A stretch of DNA of 64,000 bases from Myxococcota bacterium (lineage in GTDB: Bacteria; Myxococcota; Kuafuiibacteriia; Kuafuiibacteriales; Kuafuiibacteriaceae). The position numbers and the translations under genes are program-made. The stretch lies in assembly GCA_050331295.1 (NCBI GenBank), contig JBHJGZ010000004.1, positions 477,008 through 541,007 on the forward strand, read 5' to 3'. This document shows, in pieces, positions 18,767 through 28,302 of the stretch. Numbering within the stretch: the stretch's first letter is position 1; each line of letters begins with the position of its first letter. Below the pieces are notes generated by a model, which saw only the letters and a list, made by a program, of their open reading frames with translations, was not told where the DNA came from and did no database searches.

Positions 18767-19311
18767 GGTTCAAGTCTCATCGGTTCGGGGTCGGTGCCCT
18801 CAGGGTTGGATTCAGGCATCCAAGTGGCCTGGTTCCGCACCCGCTGCCAAGCATCCAAAGCCCACTTGACCGTGGGAAATGCAAGCTCCTCCCATGGTAG
18901 ACCGCCATACGGGAACAAAGACACCTCTTGGCTCTCGGGACCAGCCGAGACCACAGGATCTTCCAGGATCGCGCGGTAGATCAGCTGAACCTGACTGATC
19001 CTACGGACAGAGTAGACCGCGAGCAGGCCCTCTACCCGAAGTCGAGCCCGCGCCTCCTCCCAGGCCTCCCGAATCGCCCCCTCTTCCGGGCTCTCGCCCG
19101 ATTCCAGGAAACCGGCCGGGAGCGTCCAAAACCCGACCCGAGGGGGGATGGCGCGCCGACACAGGAGGACGCGGTCTCCGTCCACGGCCACTACGCCAGC
19201 CACGATCTTCGGATTGTCGTAGGCGATATAGTCACAATCCGGGCAGACCAAGCGCTCCCGATCGTCGCCGGGGGGGATACGCCGGACACGAGGTCCCCGC
19301 TCATCGCTCAT
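18763..19311 (-). CDS. NUDIX hydrolase with N-terminal zinc-ribbon
   Basis: CPDCDY...Nudix box GFWTLPAGFLESGESPEEGAIREAWEEA. Overlaps the PP2C start by 4 nt. Start at MSDERG; the track start is 19338. Confidence 0.75.
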   Translation of the reverse strand: MSDERGPRVRRIPPGDDRERLVCPDCDYIAYDNPKIVAGVVAVDGDRVLLCRRAIPPRVGFWTLPAGFLESGESPEEGAIREAWEEARARLRVEGLLAVYSVRRISQVQLIYRAILEDPVVSAGPESQEVSLFPYGGLPWEELAFPTVKWALDAWQRVRNQATWMPESNPEGTDPEPMRLEP

Positions 19312-19391
19312 GTCGACCAACCTGCCTGCGATGGGCACGGGACGTCATCCGATTGTTGCTGCGGGGGCTCAGATCGAGGGAGATCAAGAAC

Positions 19392-21344
19392 ATGGAGCTG
19401 CGAGAAGCGGCGGAGCGAGTCCTATTCGGCACCGATCTCGAGGACAAACTTTGGTTTCCGGACCGAGTTTCCGACCTTCGACCCGGACCTTCGAGGCCCG
19501 CGCCCCCGGGTCCGGGCCGACCTCCGGGGCTCGATGGTCGATCTTCCATCACGACCGCATCGGCCCATTCCAGATTCCCGCGCGGGGCGCTCGAGGAACC
19601 GCTGGTCAGAGGTCGAGCCCTGCACTTCTTTGCGAACCATGAGCTTTTGGCGCTCGAGACAATGGCTTTGATGCTGCTCCGCTTCCCCGATGCTCCGGCC
19701 GGTTTGAGACGAGGCTTAGCGCGGACACTGACCGAAGAGCAGTCTCACCTGCGTCTTTATCTCAATCGCATGAACCAGCTGGGCGTCGAGTTTGGCTCAC
19801 TCCCGGTCAACGACTTCTTTTGGCGTTGCTTCAACTCCGTCGACCGTATCGAGGGTTATCTCTCCGGAATGAGTCTGACCTTCGAGCAGGCCAATCTCGA
19901 CTACAGTGCACAGTACGCCGAAGCCTTCGAAGCGGTCTCGGACATCCCTTCGGCCGAAGTCATGCGGAAGGTATTGGCCGACGAGATTCGCCACGTCGCT
20001 TTCGGGCGTGTCTGGCTGGGGAGGTTACGGCCCGAAGCGGACCTCTGGCAGCAGTATCTCGCAACGCTCCCGCCACCACTGGTCCCGCGGCGCTGCCGGG
20101 CAGATCGGATGTGGCTTGCACCTCGCCGACGCGCCGGGCTGCCTGAATCGTTCATCTCGAGGGTTGCATGCTCCGCCGAGAGCCGGGGTCGGAATCCGGA
20201 ACGGTGGACGATGAACCTCGACCCGGACGTCGGAAGGACGTCCACCCGCTCCGCCACGACCTCCCTAGAGCGGGACTTGGCCCCTCTGCTTCAGCTGTTG
20301 ATGCCCGCCGACGACGTGATCGTAGGGGTGCAGGCACCGGATCCCGAGTTTCTCGACACCTGGCACCGAGCTGGGTTGCCCGTCCGCACCTGGTCTCGGC
20401 CTGTAGCCAATGGCGAGGACCGTGACCGAGCTACGCGAGGTTGGGCGGACTACGCCCTTCCATCGGCTCCCGACCATCCAGGCCGGGCGCTGGCGCGAAA
20501 GCGCACAGCAGCCCGCTGGGAGCGAAGCTGGATGAGAGAGCGCCGGGATCCGATGGTCGGGCCTCGCCCCGGGGCTTCTTTCGCAACTACGCTGCGAGAA
20601 CTGCTTCACTGCAGCCGAGCCATGCTGCCGAGTGGTCCTGTACGCTGGAAACGTGACGTGGGCGCGTCCGGTCGAGGACACCGTGTGGTCACGGAAATCT
20701 CGGCCGAAGACCGAAGCTGGGCGAAGCGGTCTCTGCGTTTGGGCGGTGTGGTCGTCGAGCCGCAGCTCGTGCCCGTGATGGAGCTCGGTCTGATTTGGAA
20801 TTCGAAGGGCCCGGTCCGCGTGCTCCAGAGCTTGACCGACCCACGAGGGCGATACGTAGGCCACGTCCTCGGGGCTCCTTGGCGGAGAGTAGCTCAGCAC
20901 TTTGGTCGGAGAACCCAACAGGTCCGGTCGCTGTTGCTCGACGCGGCGGGATTCGTCCGGTCTCGCCTCTCGAAGTCCGGCTTCGAGGGACCGGCCGGGG
21001 CAGACTGTATGATCCACCGCCGCGGAGGTCGGCTGGAGCTTCGTGTGATTCAAGAGATCAACCCGCGATTCACGATGGGCCATGTCGCGCAGGCGCTCGG
21101 GAGGCACCTCGCTCCCCAAGCCGAGGCGAGACACATCCTCCTCAGCAATCGAGCACTGCAAAAGCATCGAGGCCTTTGCCTTCGGGAACTGCACGAACGA
21201 CTCCCCTCCAACCTTGGTTGTCCGCCTTGGGACCGAGGGCGGCTTTGGACCACGGATCCCCGCCATGCCGAGCACGCTGGCCTGCTGATTGTGAATCCCC
21301 AAACTCCTCTGGAATCGGCTCTGGGGTCGCCGCACCTGCTCTAG
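19392..21344 (+). CDS. DUF455 ferritin-like domain fused to a C-terminal ATP-grasp-like domain
   Basis: The N-terminal ~250 aa is a ferritin-like four-helix bundle (HFFANHELLALETMALML...ADEIRHVAFG). The C-terminal ~400 aa ends ...GFEGPAGADCMIHRRGGRLELRVIQEINPRFTMGH, an ATP-grasp-type E-I/V-N-P-R motif. Single uninterrupted frame. Confidence 0.6.
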   Translation: MELREAAERVLFGTDLEDKLWFPDRVSDLRPGPSRPAPPGPGRPPGLDGRSSITTASAHSRFPRGALEEPLVRGRALHFFANHELLALETMALMLLRFPDAPAGLRRGLARTLTEEQSHLRLYLNRMNQLGVEFGSLPVNDFFWRCFNSVDRIEGYLSGMSLTFEQANLDYSAQYAEAFEAVSDIPSAEVMRKVLADEIRHVAFGRVWLGRLRPEADLWQQYLATLPPPLVPRRCRADRMWLAPRRRAGLPESFISRVACSAESRGRNPERWTMNLDPDVGRTSTRSATTSLERDLAPLLQLLMPADDVIVGVQAPDPEFLDTWHRAGLPVRTWSRPVANGEDRDRATRGWADYALPSAPDHPGRALARKRTAARWERSWMRERRDPMVGPRPGASFATTLRELLHCSRAMLPSGPVRWKRDVGASGRGHRVVTEISAEDRSWAKRSLRLGGVVVEPQLVPVMELGLIWNSKGPVRVLQSLTDPRGRYVGHVLGAPWRRVAQHFGRRTQQVRSLLLDAAGFVRSRLSKSGFEGPAGADCMIHRRGGRLELRVIQEINPRFTMGHVAQALGRHLAPQAEARHILLSNRALQKHRGLCLRELHERLPSNLGCPPWDRGRLWTTDPRHAEHAGLLIVNPQTPLESALGSPHLL

Positions 21345-22456
21345 GGTTGTGGTGTCTCGAGTCGAGCGGTCCGTTGCCGAAGCCAGTGGTCCGCGAGAAC
21401 GATGGCCACCATCGCTTCGGCCATTGGCACGAAGCGGGGCAGAAGACAGGGGTCGTGGCGCCCTCGAACCTCGACCGAGGTCTCTGTGCCCGAACGAGTC
21501 ACGGTGCTCTGCGCCCGGGGGATGCTGCTGGTCGGCTTCACCGCCGCCCGCAGCTCGATGGCCTGCCCAGTGGAGATGCCGCCCAGCATGCCACCATGCC
21601 GATTGGTTTCGGTTTCGACGACGCCATCCGCGGTCGCGATGAAGCGGTCGTTGTGCTCGCTCCCCCTCATGGACGCCGCCTTGAAACCCGAACCGATCTC
21701 CACCCCCGTGACCGCGGGAAGCGAGAACAGGGACTTCGCGAGATCGGCTTTCAACTTGTCGAATACCGGTTCGCCCAAGCCTGGGGGCACGTTGCGAGCC
21801 ACGATCCCAGCCACGCCTCCGATCGAATCCTTCTCCCGGCGAATCGTCTCGATGAGCGCTTCCATCGCCGGCGCTGCTTCAGGGTCGGGGCATCGAATCG
21901 CGTTTGGCCGTCCATCGGAATGGTATTCCACCGATTCCAGGGTGACTTCGAGCCCGTCGACCTTCGCTCGGATGGAGCCGACCTGATCCACCCACCCGAC
22001 GACCTGGACGTCGATGGTCTCCAGCAACCGCTTCGCCACCACCCCGGCCGCCACCCGAGCCGCGGTCTCGCGGGCACTGGAGCGGCCACCGCCTCGGTGG
22101 TCTCGACGTCCAAACTTTGCATCGAACGTGAAGTCGGCATGCCCGGGCCGATAGACTTCCCGCAACGCTTCGTAATCCCGCCCCCGCGCATCCTCACTTC
22201 GAAGCAACAGCGCGATGGGGGTCCCGGTGGTCTTGCCTTCGAAGACACCGGACAAGATTTCGACCTCATCCCGCTCTTGGCGGGGACTGGTCAGTCGACT
22301 TTGGCCGGGCCGCCGGCGCGCCATGTCCAGTTGAAAGTCCTCGGGGCTCAAGGCAACGCCTGCAGGACATCCGTCGACGATCGCCACCAACCCGGGACCA
22401 TGGGATTCGCCAGCGGTGGTCACGCGGAAACAAGAGCCCCATGTGCTTCCCGCCAT
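21341..22456 (-). CDS. aroC: Chorismate synthase
   Basis: Motifs GESHGPGLVAIVDGCPAG, RRPGQSRL, GRDYEALREVYRPGHADFT and GRSSARETA. Confidence 0.95.
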   Translation of the reverse strand: MAGSTWGSCFRVTTAGESHGPGLVAIVDGCPAGVALSPEDFQLDMARRRPGQSRLTSPRQERDEVEILSGVFEGKTTGTPIALLLRSEDARGRDYEALREVYRPGHADFTFDAKFGRRDHRGGGRSSARETAARVAAGVVAKRLLETIDVQVVGWVDQVGSIRAKVDGLEVTLESVEYHSDGRPNAIRCPDPEAAPAMEALIETIRREKDSIGGVAGIVARNVPPGLGEPVFDKLKADLAKSLFSLPAVTGVEIGSGFKAASMRGSEHNDRFIATADGVVETETNRHGGMLGGISTGQAIELRAAVKPTSSIPRAQSTVTRSGTETSVEVRGRHDPCLLPRFVPMAEAMVAIVLADHWLRQRTARLETPQP

Positions 22457-22579
22457 GGCCCGACGCTAGCCTACGTCGATGGGGGATCAAATGACGAAGC
22501 GGTTTGCCGACCCGCCAAACCCATCGTGGCCCCCGATTCGGGGTGACGGATGAACTGACCTCAGGTAGGTCCGCCGGCC

Positions 22580-24244
22580 ATGCTCGGAACCATCCTCGGA
22601 GCTTGCATCGTCGCCGGTACGCCCTTGCTCCTCGCGCAGGCTCGGCCGTCTACGGACACAACGGCCCGCCCTTCGGTCATCGAGATCGACAACATCGAGA
22701 TCCGAGGCAACGTAGCCCTGCCGAAAGGCGTGTATCGTGGCGTGCTACGTCGGCGCGCAGAGGAGTCGTCATTACCCCCGGAGCAGGTTCAGGCCATCCT
22801 GACGGAGTTTCTTCATCGAAGCGGTTACGATCTGGCTTCGGTCGAAATCGCCGACAACGTCGTGACCGTTGATGAGGGCCGACTCGACAGTGTGGTGTTC
22901 GTCGGCGCCAGCACAGGGGCGGTCCTCGGTTTCAAGCTCAGCTTCAACCTTCCAGGCCAGATCTTCAATCGATCCCTCATCGAGCAAGAGCTCGACCGCA
23001 TCGTTCGTGAAGGCGAGCTTGCCTCGGCAACCTGGGAACTGGTTCCTGCACCCCAAGCGAAGGGAAGTTTTCTTCAGCTCGAAGGAACCCGACGGATAGG
23101 CACGGTCACGGTCTTTTCTCCTGGGACCGAGTACTCACTGCGGATTTACGTCAAGCAGAGAGAATACGCCCCTGGCTTCGACCTGAACTTCGGTTTTCGA
23201 CCGCCGGACGGCATCTTCGTGAATACGGAATGGCGTTTCGTGAACGCCTTCTTGCCCCGGGATAGGATCACGTTTCTGAGCAGTCTCGGCGTAGACATTC
23301 TCGACCTTGCCGACGAACCGTCTGACCGGCTGGGAATCACCCGAGCAATCGCCGACGTCAAGTGGTTCACGCCGCCCTTGGGGGTGCCATGGCTTCGCTT
23401 CTTTCTCAATGCGAGCGCGCGAGGCCAAGGCCGGAACCGTACCGAAGATATCGGTGTTCGGAGCTATATCTTCTTCCCGCTGGTTGGTTCGGCAAACATT
23501 CAATTCGACTTTGGAGATATCGAGACGTTCTTCGGTGGCGGCGTCGAGCAACGCTTTACGTTCCGGGTAGTCTTGGCGGATGAGTTCGATGAGGACGCTG
23601 CTCCCATCTCCGTGCCGGCCGATACTCTGGAACCGGATGCCAATCTCCGTCCGTTCTTTGCGTTCGGCGGAGAGTACAATCTCGCGCCGGGACGGGTTCG
23701 CAAGGATCGACGTCACTTGTTCCGCCTTGCCGGTCGCGTGCTGGGGTCAGGACCGGACGACGCCGATGGAATCATCGATGTTCAAGCCTTCTATAAGAAT
23801 ACGGTTCTGTTCGGATGGGACGAATTGCGCTATGGCGCGGCCGGCGCCTTCATCGGCGGAGATGTGCCATTCTTCAATGAAGTCGCCTTCGGCGATGGCT
23901 TCTTCAGGGCCGCCTTTCTGGATGAGCTCTATACGACGCGTGTCGTGACGGGAAAGATCGAGTATCGCTTCTCGATCAGCCGAGACGTATTCAAGCTGAG
24001 CATTTTCAACGACGTGGGTGTTTTCGAAGAGCTCGACCTCTTCGACGACCCCGAGTTCGCCGGCTTTCCTCTCCGTAGCCGCCTCGGGCCGAGATTTGTC
24101 GAGGCGCCAGGCGTAGGGTTGCACGCTTTGGTCTTGGACGTGTTCCAGGTCGACCTCTACACCGGAGCGGGTTTCGTCTTCGGGACCGGTGATGGAGTCG
24201 ACGCAGACGTCGACATATCGCTTTCGATCGCTCAAGTGTTTTAG
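22580..24244 (+). CDS. Omp85-family outer membrane protein (BamA/TamA/TpsB-like: POTRA + beta-barrel)
   Basis: Signal peptide, POTRA-like IEIDNIEIRGNVALPKGVYRGVL and a long amphipathic beta region ending ...DISLSIAQVF with a terminal aromatic. Which subfamily is unresolved. Confidence 0.65.
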   Translation: MLGTILGACIVAGTPLLLAQARPSTDTTARPSVIEIDNIEIRGNVALPKGVYRGVLRRRAEESSLPPEQVQAILTEFLHRSGYDLASVEIADNVVTVDEGRLDSVVFVGASTGAVLGFKLSFNLPGQIFNRSLIEQELDRIVREGELASATWELVPAPQAKGSFLQLEGTRRIGTVTVFSPGTEYSLRIYVKQREYAPGFDLNFGFRPPDGIFVNTEWRFVNAFLPRDRITFLSSLGVDILDLADEPSDRLGITRAIADVKWFTPPLGVPWLRFFLNASARGQGRNRTEDIGVRSYIFFPLVGSANIQFDFGDIETFFGGGVEQRFTFRVVLADEFDEDAAPISVPADTLEPDANLRPFFAFGGEYNLAPGRVRKDRRHLFRLAGRVLGSGPDDADGIIDVQAFYKNTVLFGWDELRYGAAGAFIGGDVPFFNEVAFGDGFFRAAFLDELYTTRVVTGKIEYRFSISRDVFKLSIFNDVGVFEELDLFDDPEFAGFPLRSRLGPRFVEAPGVGLHALVLDVFQVDLYTGAGFVFGTGDGVDADVDISLSIAQVF

Positions 24245-24246
24245 CC

Positions 24247-25053
24247 ATGACCAAGGATCCGGTCCACACCGAGCTCGATGACCTCGGTATTTTCACGGTC
24301 ACATTCAATCGTCCCCAAAAGATGAACGCGTTCACCTACGCGACCTACGAAGGATGCGTCGCTGCGCTTCGACGCGCGGAGGAAGAGAGCGCGGTCCGGT
24401 GTGTCATTCTCCGTGGTGCCGGCGACGCGTTCACGGCCGGAAATGACCTGCAAGACTTCATGCAGAACCCGCCGTCGGACGAGAAGAATCCGATCTTTCA
24501 GTTTTTGTTCAGCTTGGTGCGTTTTCCCAAGCCATTGATAGGCGCCGTTCAAGGACATGCAGTCGGAATCGGCACAACCATGCTTCTCCACTGCGATATC
24601 GTGGTCGCCTCCCGCAGCGCGAAGTTCCGACTCCCCTTTGTCAATCTCGGATTGGTACCAGAGGGTGGATCCACGGTCTTGCTGCCCCAGCTATGCGGTG
24701 CCCAAAAGGCGGCTGAACTCTTGCTGCTCGGGCAAGCCTTCGACGGTGCTCAAGCCCATGAATTCGGTTTGGTGAACCGGCTCACGGACGGTGCGCCGTT
24801 CGAAATGGCACGCGAGCTCGCATCGCAGCTGGCCGCGCAGCCCCTTGGCGCTGTGATGGATGCGAAACATGTCATGCGCGCCCCGTTCCGAGCCGAAGTG
24901 GAAGCCGCCATTCGCCGTGAGGGTGCCGTGTTTGCGCAGCGCCTCAGGTCCCCCGAAGCCCTGGAAGCACTTCAGGCGTTTGTGGAAAAGCGGTCACCCG
25001 ACTTCGGAAGAGTGACCCCGACAGCGGTTGTCAGTCGGACCCAAAATTCCTAG
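24247..25053 (+). CDS. Enoyl-CoA hydratase/isomerase (crotonase) family
   Basis: Motifs TVTFNRPQKMNAF, VILRGAGDAFTAGNDL and AVQGHAVGIGTTMLLHCDI. Confidence 0.85.
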   Translation: MTKDPVHTELDDLGIFTVTFNRPQKMNAFTYATYEGCVAALRRAEEESAVRCVILRGAGDAFTAGNDLQDFMQNPPSDEKNPIFQFLFSLVRFPKPLIGAVQGHAVGIGTTMLLHCDIVVASRSAKFRLPFVNLGLVPEGGSTVLLPQLCGAQKAAELLLLGQAFDGAQAHEFGLVNRLTDGAPFEMARELASQLAAQPLGAVMDAKHVMRAPFRAEVEAAIRREGAVFAQRLRSPEALEALQAFVEKRSPDFGRVTPTAVVSRTQNS

Positions 25054-25064
25054 CGTGACTCGGC

Positions 25065-26396
25065 ATGGCCGCCCCCTCGTACTGCCCGCTCTGCGATTTG
25101 GAGCGGGAAGAGGACTGGTGTTCCATCCACCAAGTGCCGACCCTTCCCCCTGGCACCGGGCGACCGGCCCAGATTACCAACGGTTCATTGATGGTAGGCC
25201 GATATCGGATCGACGGCCTGCTGAGCCACGGAGGGATGGGAACCGTCCTGGAAGCGACTCAGGTCGGCATCAATCGGAGAGTCGTGGTGAAGGTGCTGAG
25301 AGGCACCCGCTCCGACGACCGCGCCCGGGTTCGACGGTTCTACCAGGAGGCCCGGCTCGTCTCGAGCCTGAATCATCCGCACATCGTCCGGATCTTCGAG
25401 TTCGGCGTCGACCCGAAGTTCCGCGTGCCGTTCATCGCGATGGAGCGGATCGAAGGGGTCACCCTTCAGCGGCTGGTCGACCGGGAGGGCCCGCTCCCGG
25501 AACGGCGCGCCAGTCGCTTGTTCTCTCAAATCGTGAGGGCGCTTTCGGTCGCACACGGGAAGGGCGTGCTTCACCGAGACCTCAAGCCGCGAAACATCAT
25601 GGTGAATCGTCTTCCCGAAGGCGACGAGCACGTCACGGTTCTCGACTTCGGCCTGGCCAAGCTGCTCCAGGACGAGCAGGACGTCCCGCCATTGACGGCA
25701 CCAGGTCGGACCGTCGGCACGCCGGGTTTCATGAGTCCTGAGCAGGTCCTGGGCCGACGACTGGACGCGCGTTCGGACCTGTACGGTGTCGGCTGCATGC
25801 TCTTCGCGGCCGTTAACGGGAGCCCGCCCTTCGAGGGCGCGGCGGCCCTCAGCGTGATGCGGAAGCAGGTAAGAGAGCCGCCTCCCCCGCTCCCCCGCCG
25901 CCTCTCGGATGGGGCGCCCCCCTCGCGTGCCCTCACGTCTTTGGTGTTCGCCCTCCTGGAGAAAAAACCGGAGGAGCGGCCATCCCGTGCTGAAGACGTT
26001 CGGGTCCAGCTGGACCGGATCGCGGCCGCCCAAACGAGCGATAACGCAGAAACCCTGCCCGGTGCCGTGCTCCCGAGAAGACCTCGAACCGCAGCCTCTT
26101 CGAGCAGCGGAACCACGGGGTCGCTTCAGCCTTCGACGCCCCCGGTCCGACGTTCCGTCCAGATCAAGATCGATGACGCCCCAACCGCAACGCCCGCATC
26201 CACGTTCGGGGCCAAGGACCCACTGGATGACGTGACCACGCTGCGTTTGCCAGACGGCTTTGATCGGGCCAGCGCCGCCGCCGATGTGGAATCTGATTGG
26301 AATCCCGTTCCGCCCGGAGCCATGGCCCGAACCATGATGGTCGTCGTCGCGTGTCTCGCCCTGGCGGCGGTCGGAACGTGGTGGATCGCCAGCTGA
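25065..26396 (+). CDS. Serine/threonine protein kinase (Hanks-type), C-terminal TM anchor
   Basis: GHGGMGTV, VVKVL, HRDLKPRNIMV, DFGLAK and GTPGFMSPEQ. A Pro/Ser-rich linker and a terminal TM (MMVVVACLALAAVGTWWIAS). Second kinase in the window. Confidence 0.85.
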   Translation: MAAPSYCPLCDLEREEDWCSIHQVPTLPPGTGRPAQITNGSLMVGRYRIDGLLSHGGMGTVLEATQVGINRRVVVKVLRGTRSDDRARVRRFYQEARLVSSLNHPHIVRIFEFGVDPKFRVPFIAMERIEGVTLQRLVDREGPLPERRASRLFSQIVRALSVAHGKGVLHRDLKPRNIMVNRLPEGDEHVTVLDFGLAKLLQDEQDVPPLTAPGRTVGTPGFMSPEQVLGRRLDARSDLYGVGCMLFAAVNGSPPFEGAAALSVMRKQVREPPPPLPRRLSDGAPPSRALTSLVFALLEKKPEERPSRAEDVRVQLDRIAAAQTSDNAETLPGAVLPRRPRTAASSSSGTTGSLQPSTPPVRRSVQIKIDDAPTATPASTFGAKDPLDDVTTLRLPDGFDRASAAADVESDWNPVPPGAMARTMMVVVACLALAAVGTWWIAS

Positions 26397-26403
26397 CGTC
26401 CGA

Positions 26404-26922
26404 TTACTTGTGCACCTTGTTGTATTCGCGAATGACCTGGTTCGTGAGGTCCAGGTGCTGCTTGGCGAAAAGAAGCCGATTGGATTGGACTTCCAGGATG
26501 AGGGTGTAGCCCCCGGCTTTGCCGATGGCTGAGATGGTCTCACGCATCTTGTTGGTAATGCTCGCGAGCTGCTGCTGTTCGAGGTTCTGCAGCTCCTTTT
26601 GCTCCTTCATGATGGTCTGCTGAAGCTCGACCAGTCGTCCTTGGAACTCCGCCTGCCTCGCTTTGACTTCGGGAGAATCGGAGGCGGCCGTGGCCCGTAG
26701 CTCCTCCTGCAAATCCTTGAGCTTCTGCTCTTTGGCGGTGATCTGTTCCTGCTTTTCGCTGAAGACCTTTTCGATGGCCGCTTTTGCGCGTTTTCCCTCC
26801 TCAACACTGACGATCGCCCGCTGAAGATCTACGTAACCGATCAGCGGATCCTCCTTGGGAGCCGCGAAAGCGGGTTGCGAGAGAAGCGCGGCCAGCAGGA
26901 ATGCTCCAAGGCGCAGCATCAT
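26404..26922 (-). CDS. skp: Periplasmic chaperone Skp (OmpH)
   Basis: Signal peptide, 172 aa, coiled-coil body typical of Skp: IGYVDLQRAI...AIEKVFSEKQEQ...TLILEV. Confidence 0.8.
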   Translation of the reverse strand: MMLRLGAFLLAALLSQPAFAAPKEDPLIGYVDLQRAIVSVEEGKRAKAAIEKVFSEKQEQITAKEQKLKDLQEELRATAASDSPEVKARQAEFQGRLVELQQTIMKEQKELQNLEQQQLASITNKMRETISAIGKAGGYTLILEVQSNRLLFAKQHLDLTNQVIREYNKVHK

Positions 26923-27018
26923 ACGAGTTCGTGCGGTTAGACGGGGTTTCGTTCATCCGTCAAGATGTAGCTTTTCCTTGCGGGGCGGAAGACCAGATGA
27001 CCCGAGGTTCGGGTTTCT

Positions 27019-28290
27019 TCAGCCTTGCCGGTGTCCAACGGCCTTGGGCGCTCCCAGCTTTTCCAGAAAGAGGTCCCGCAGCTCACGGATCTCTTTGTCT
27101 CTGCTCTTGAGTCCGCGAAGGCTCGTGATCAACTCCGGATTCGCCCGGACCCGACCTCGATCCTCCAGTTCGAGGAGTTCCTCGATGGCGAGCTTTGTCA
27201 GCTTGTTATCCCCGAGTGTCATCACCTTCATCAACAGGTTCTGATCCGGCGGCAGGCGGAAGCGCTCGGCCAGGGTGTGTGCCGCCTTCAGAGCTCTTTT
27301 TCCACCCTCGATGCGGAGCTCTGTGGTCAATGTGTCTTGCTCACTTATGCGAAGCTGAAACTCGGACTTGTGAATCGGCGGATCCAACGCCGGAGGAGGC
27401 GGAGGGCGATTGCCTTTCGGCTTCCAGTTGGGAGCAATCTTTTGAAAGGCTGCTTCGGCTTCAGCCCGCTGCCGTTCTGCGAAACTCATGGGCTTGTGTT
27501 GGGGTCCTCCTGCTTCGGGGGCACCAGCCGAACGGTCGCGGTCTTTCCCTGCCGCACGCGCCTTCCGTTTGGCGGCTCGTTCGTCCGCCGACATGCGAAT
27601 CACGCCGGCCGCACGCCGAGGTTTGGTGTCCGGTACCGACTCGACAGCAGCGCTCCGAGGGGTACTTCTGGACGTTGACGTGGACTTCTTGGGCTCGGAT
27701 TGAGCCTCGTTGGTTGGTGACTTCACGGGGGACTTGGTCCTCGAAATGGCGGGCGCTTTCCGGCCCGAAGATGTCGCTTTACCGGCGCGGGAAACCCGCT
27801 TGAAGAAGGGCCCGGTCGGCAGGGCGGCGGCGGTCGTCTCCCGCGGAGCCCCCTTCGGAGCCGTTCGAGGGTCCGAAGCGGTCTTGCGGGTTGGACCCGA
27901 CGTCACAGCAACCCTCTTGCGAGGGCTCGCCTTTTTCGCCGCCGCAGCTTTCTTGGCGGTGGAAGGACGAGATCCTCTCTGGGTCTGCGCAGCTGATCGT
28001 CGAGTGCTTACCTTCTTCGAAGCCGCTGACTTCGTCGCTTTTTTTGCTCCGCGTACCGCCTTCTTCTTCGTCGCCTTCTTTCGCGCGACCGAAGTTCCTG
28101 ATGCCGAGCGGCTCGCGCCTTTCGTTGTCGAACGTTTCGGCGTCGCCTTCTTCTTGGTTCGTGAGGCTTTTGTACCGGAACGGCTCCGCGTGCTTTTGGT
28201 GCTCGTCGCCTTCTTTTGGCTGGTTGTCTTGGATGTTCGCTTCGCCGCTTTCTTCTTCTTCTTCTTCTTCGCGACGCGGTCAGTCGTCAT
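27019..28290 (-). CDS. Histone H1-like Lys/Ala-rich protein with C-terminal helical domain (hypothetical DNA-binding protein)
   Basis: The first ~220 aa are AKK/KKA/TKK low-complexity (MTTDRVAKKKKKKKAAKRTSK...AAKKASPRKR). The last ~150 aa form a charged helical domain. 12 nt downstream of purL and upstream of skp on the same strand. The antisense ORFs are Phe-rich junk. Confidence 0.6.
   Translation of the reverse strand: MTTDRVAKKKKKKKAAKRTSKTTSQKKATSTKSTRSRSGTKASRTKKKATPKRSTTKGASRSASGTSVARKKATKKKAVRGAKKATKSAASKKVSTRRSAAQTQRGSRPSTAKKAAAAKKASPRKRVAVTSGPTRKTASDPRTAPKGAPRETTAAALPTGPFFKRVSRAGKATSSGRKAPAISRTKSPVKSPTNEAQSEPKKSTSTSRSTPRSAAVESVPDTKPRRAAGVIRMSADERAAKRKARAAGKDRDRSAGAPEAGGPQHKPMSFAERQRAEAEAAFQKIAPNWKPKGNRPPPPPALDPPIHKSEFQLRISEQDTLTTELRIEGGKRALKAAHTLAERFRLPPDQNLLMKVMTLGDNKLTKLAIEELLELEDRGRVRANPELITSLRGLKSRDKEIRELRDLFLEKLGAPKAVGHRQG
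28249..28269 (-). repeat. (AAG)6-AAA homopurine triplet run encoding K7 at codons 8-14 of the H1-like gene
   Basis: The plus strand shows tttcttcttcttcttcttctt, a perfect 21-nt polypyrimidine/polypurine microsatellite inside coding sequence. Confidence 0.7.
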
Positions 28291-28302
28291 ACCGCTTTCT
28301 CC

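Noticed and set aside
20265-22546. Long antisense ORFs 20265..21335(-) and 20795..22546(+)
   Set aside because: They overlap the DUF455-ATP-grasp gene and aroC, both of which have diagnostic motifs. The antisense products are Arg/Pro/Ser-rich.
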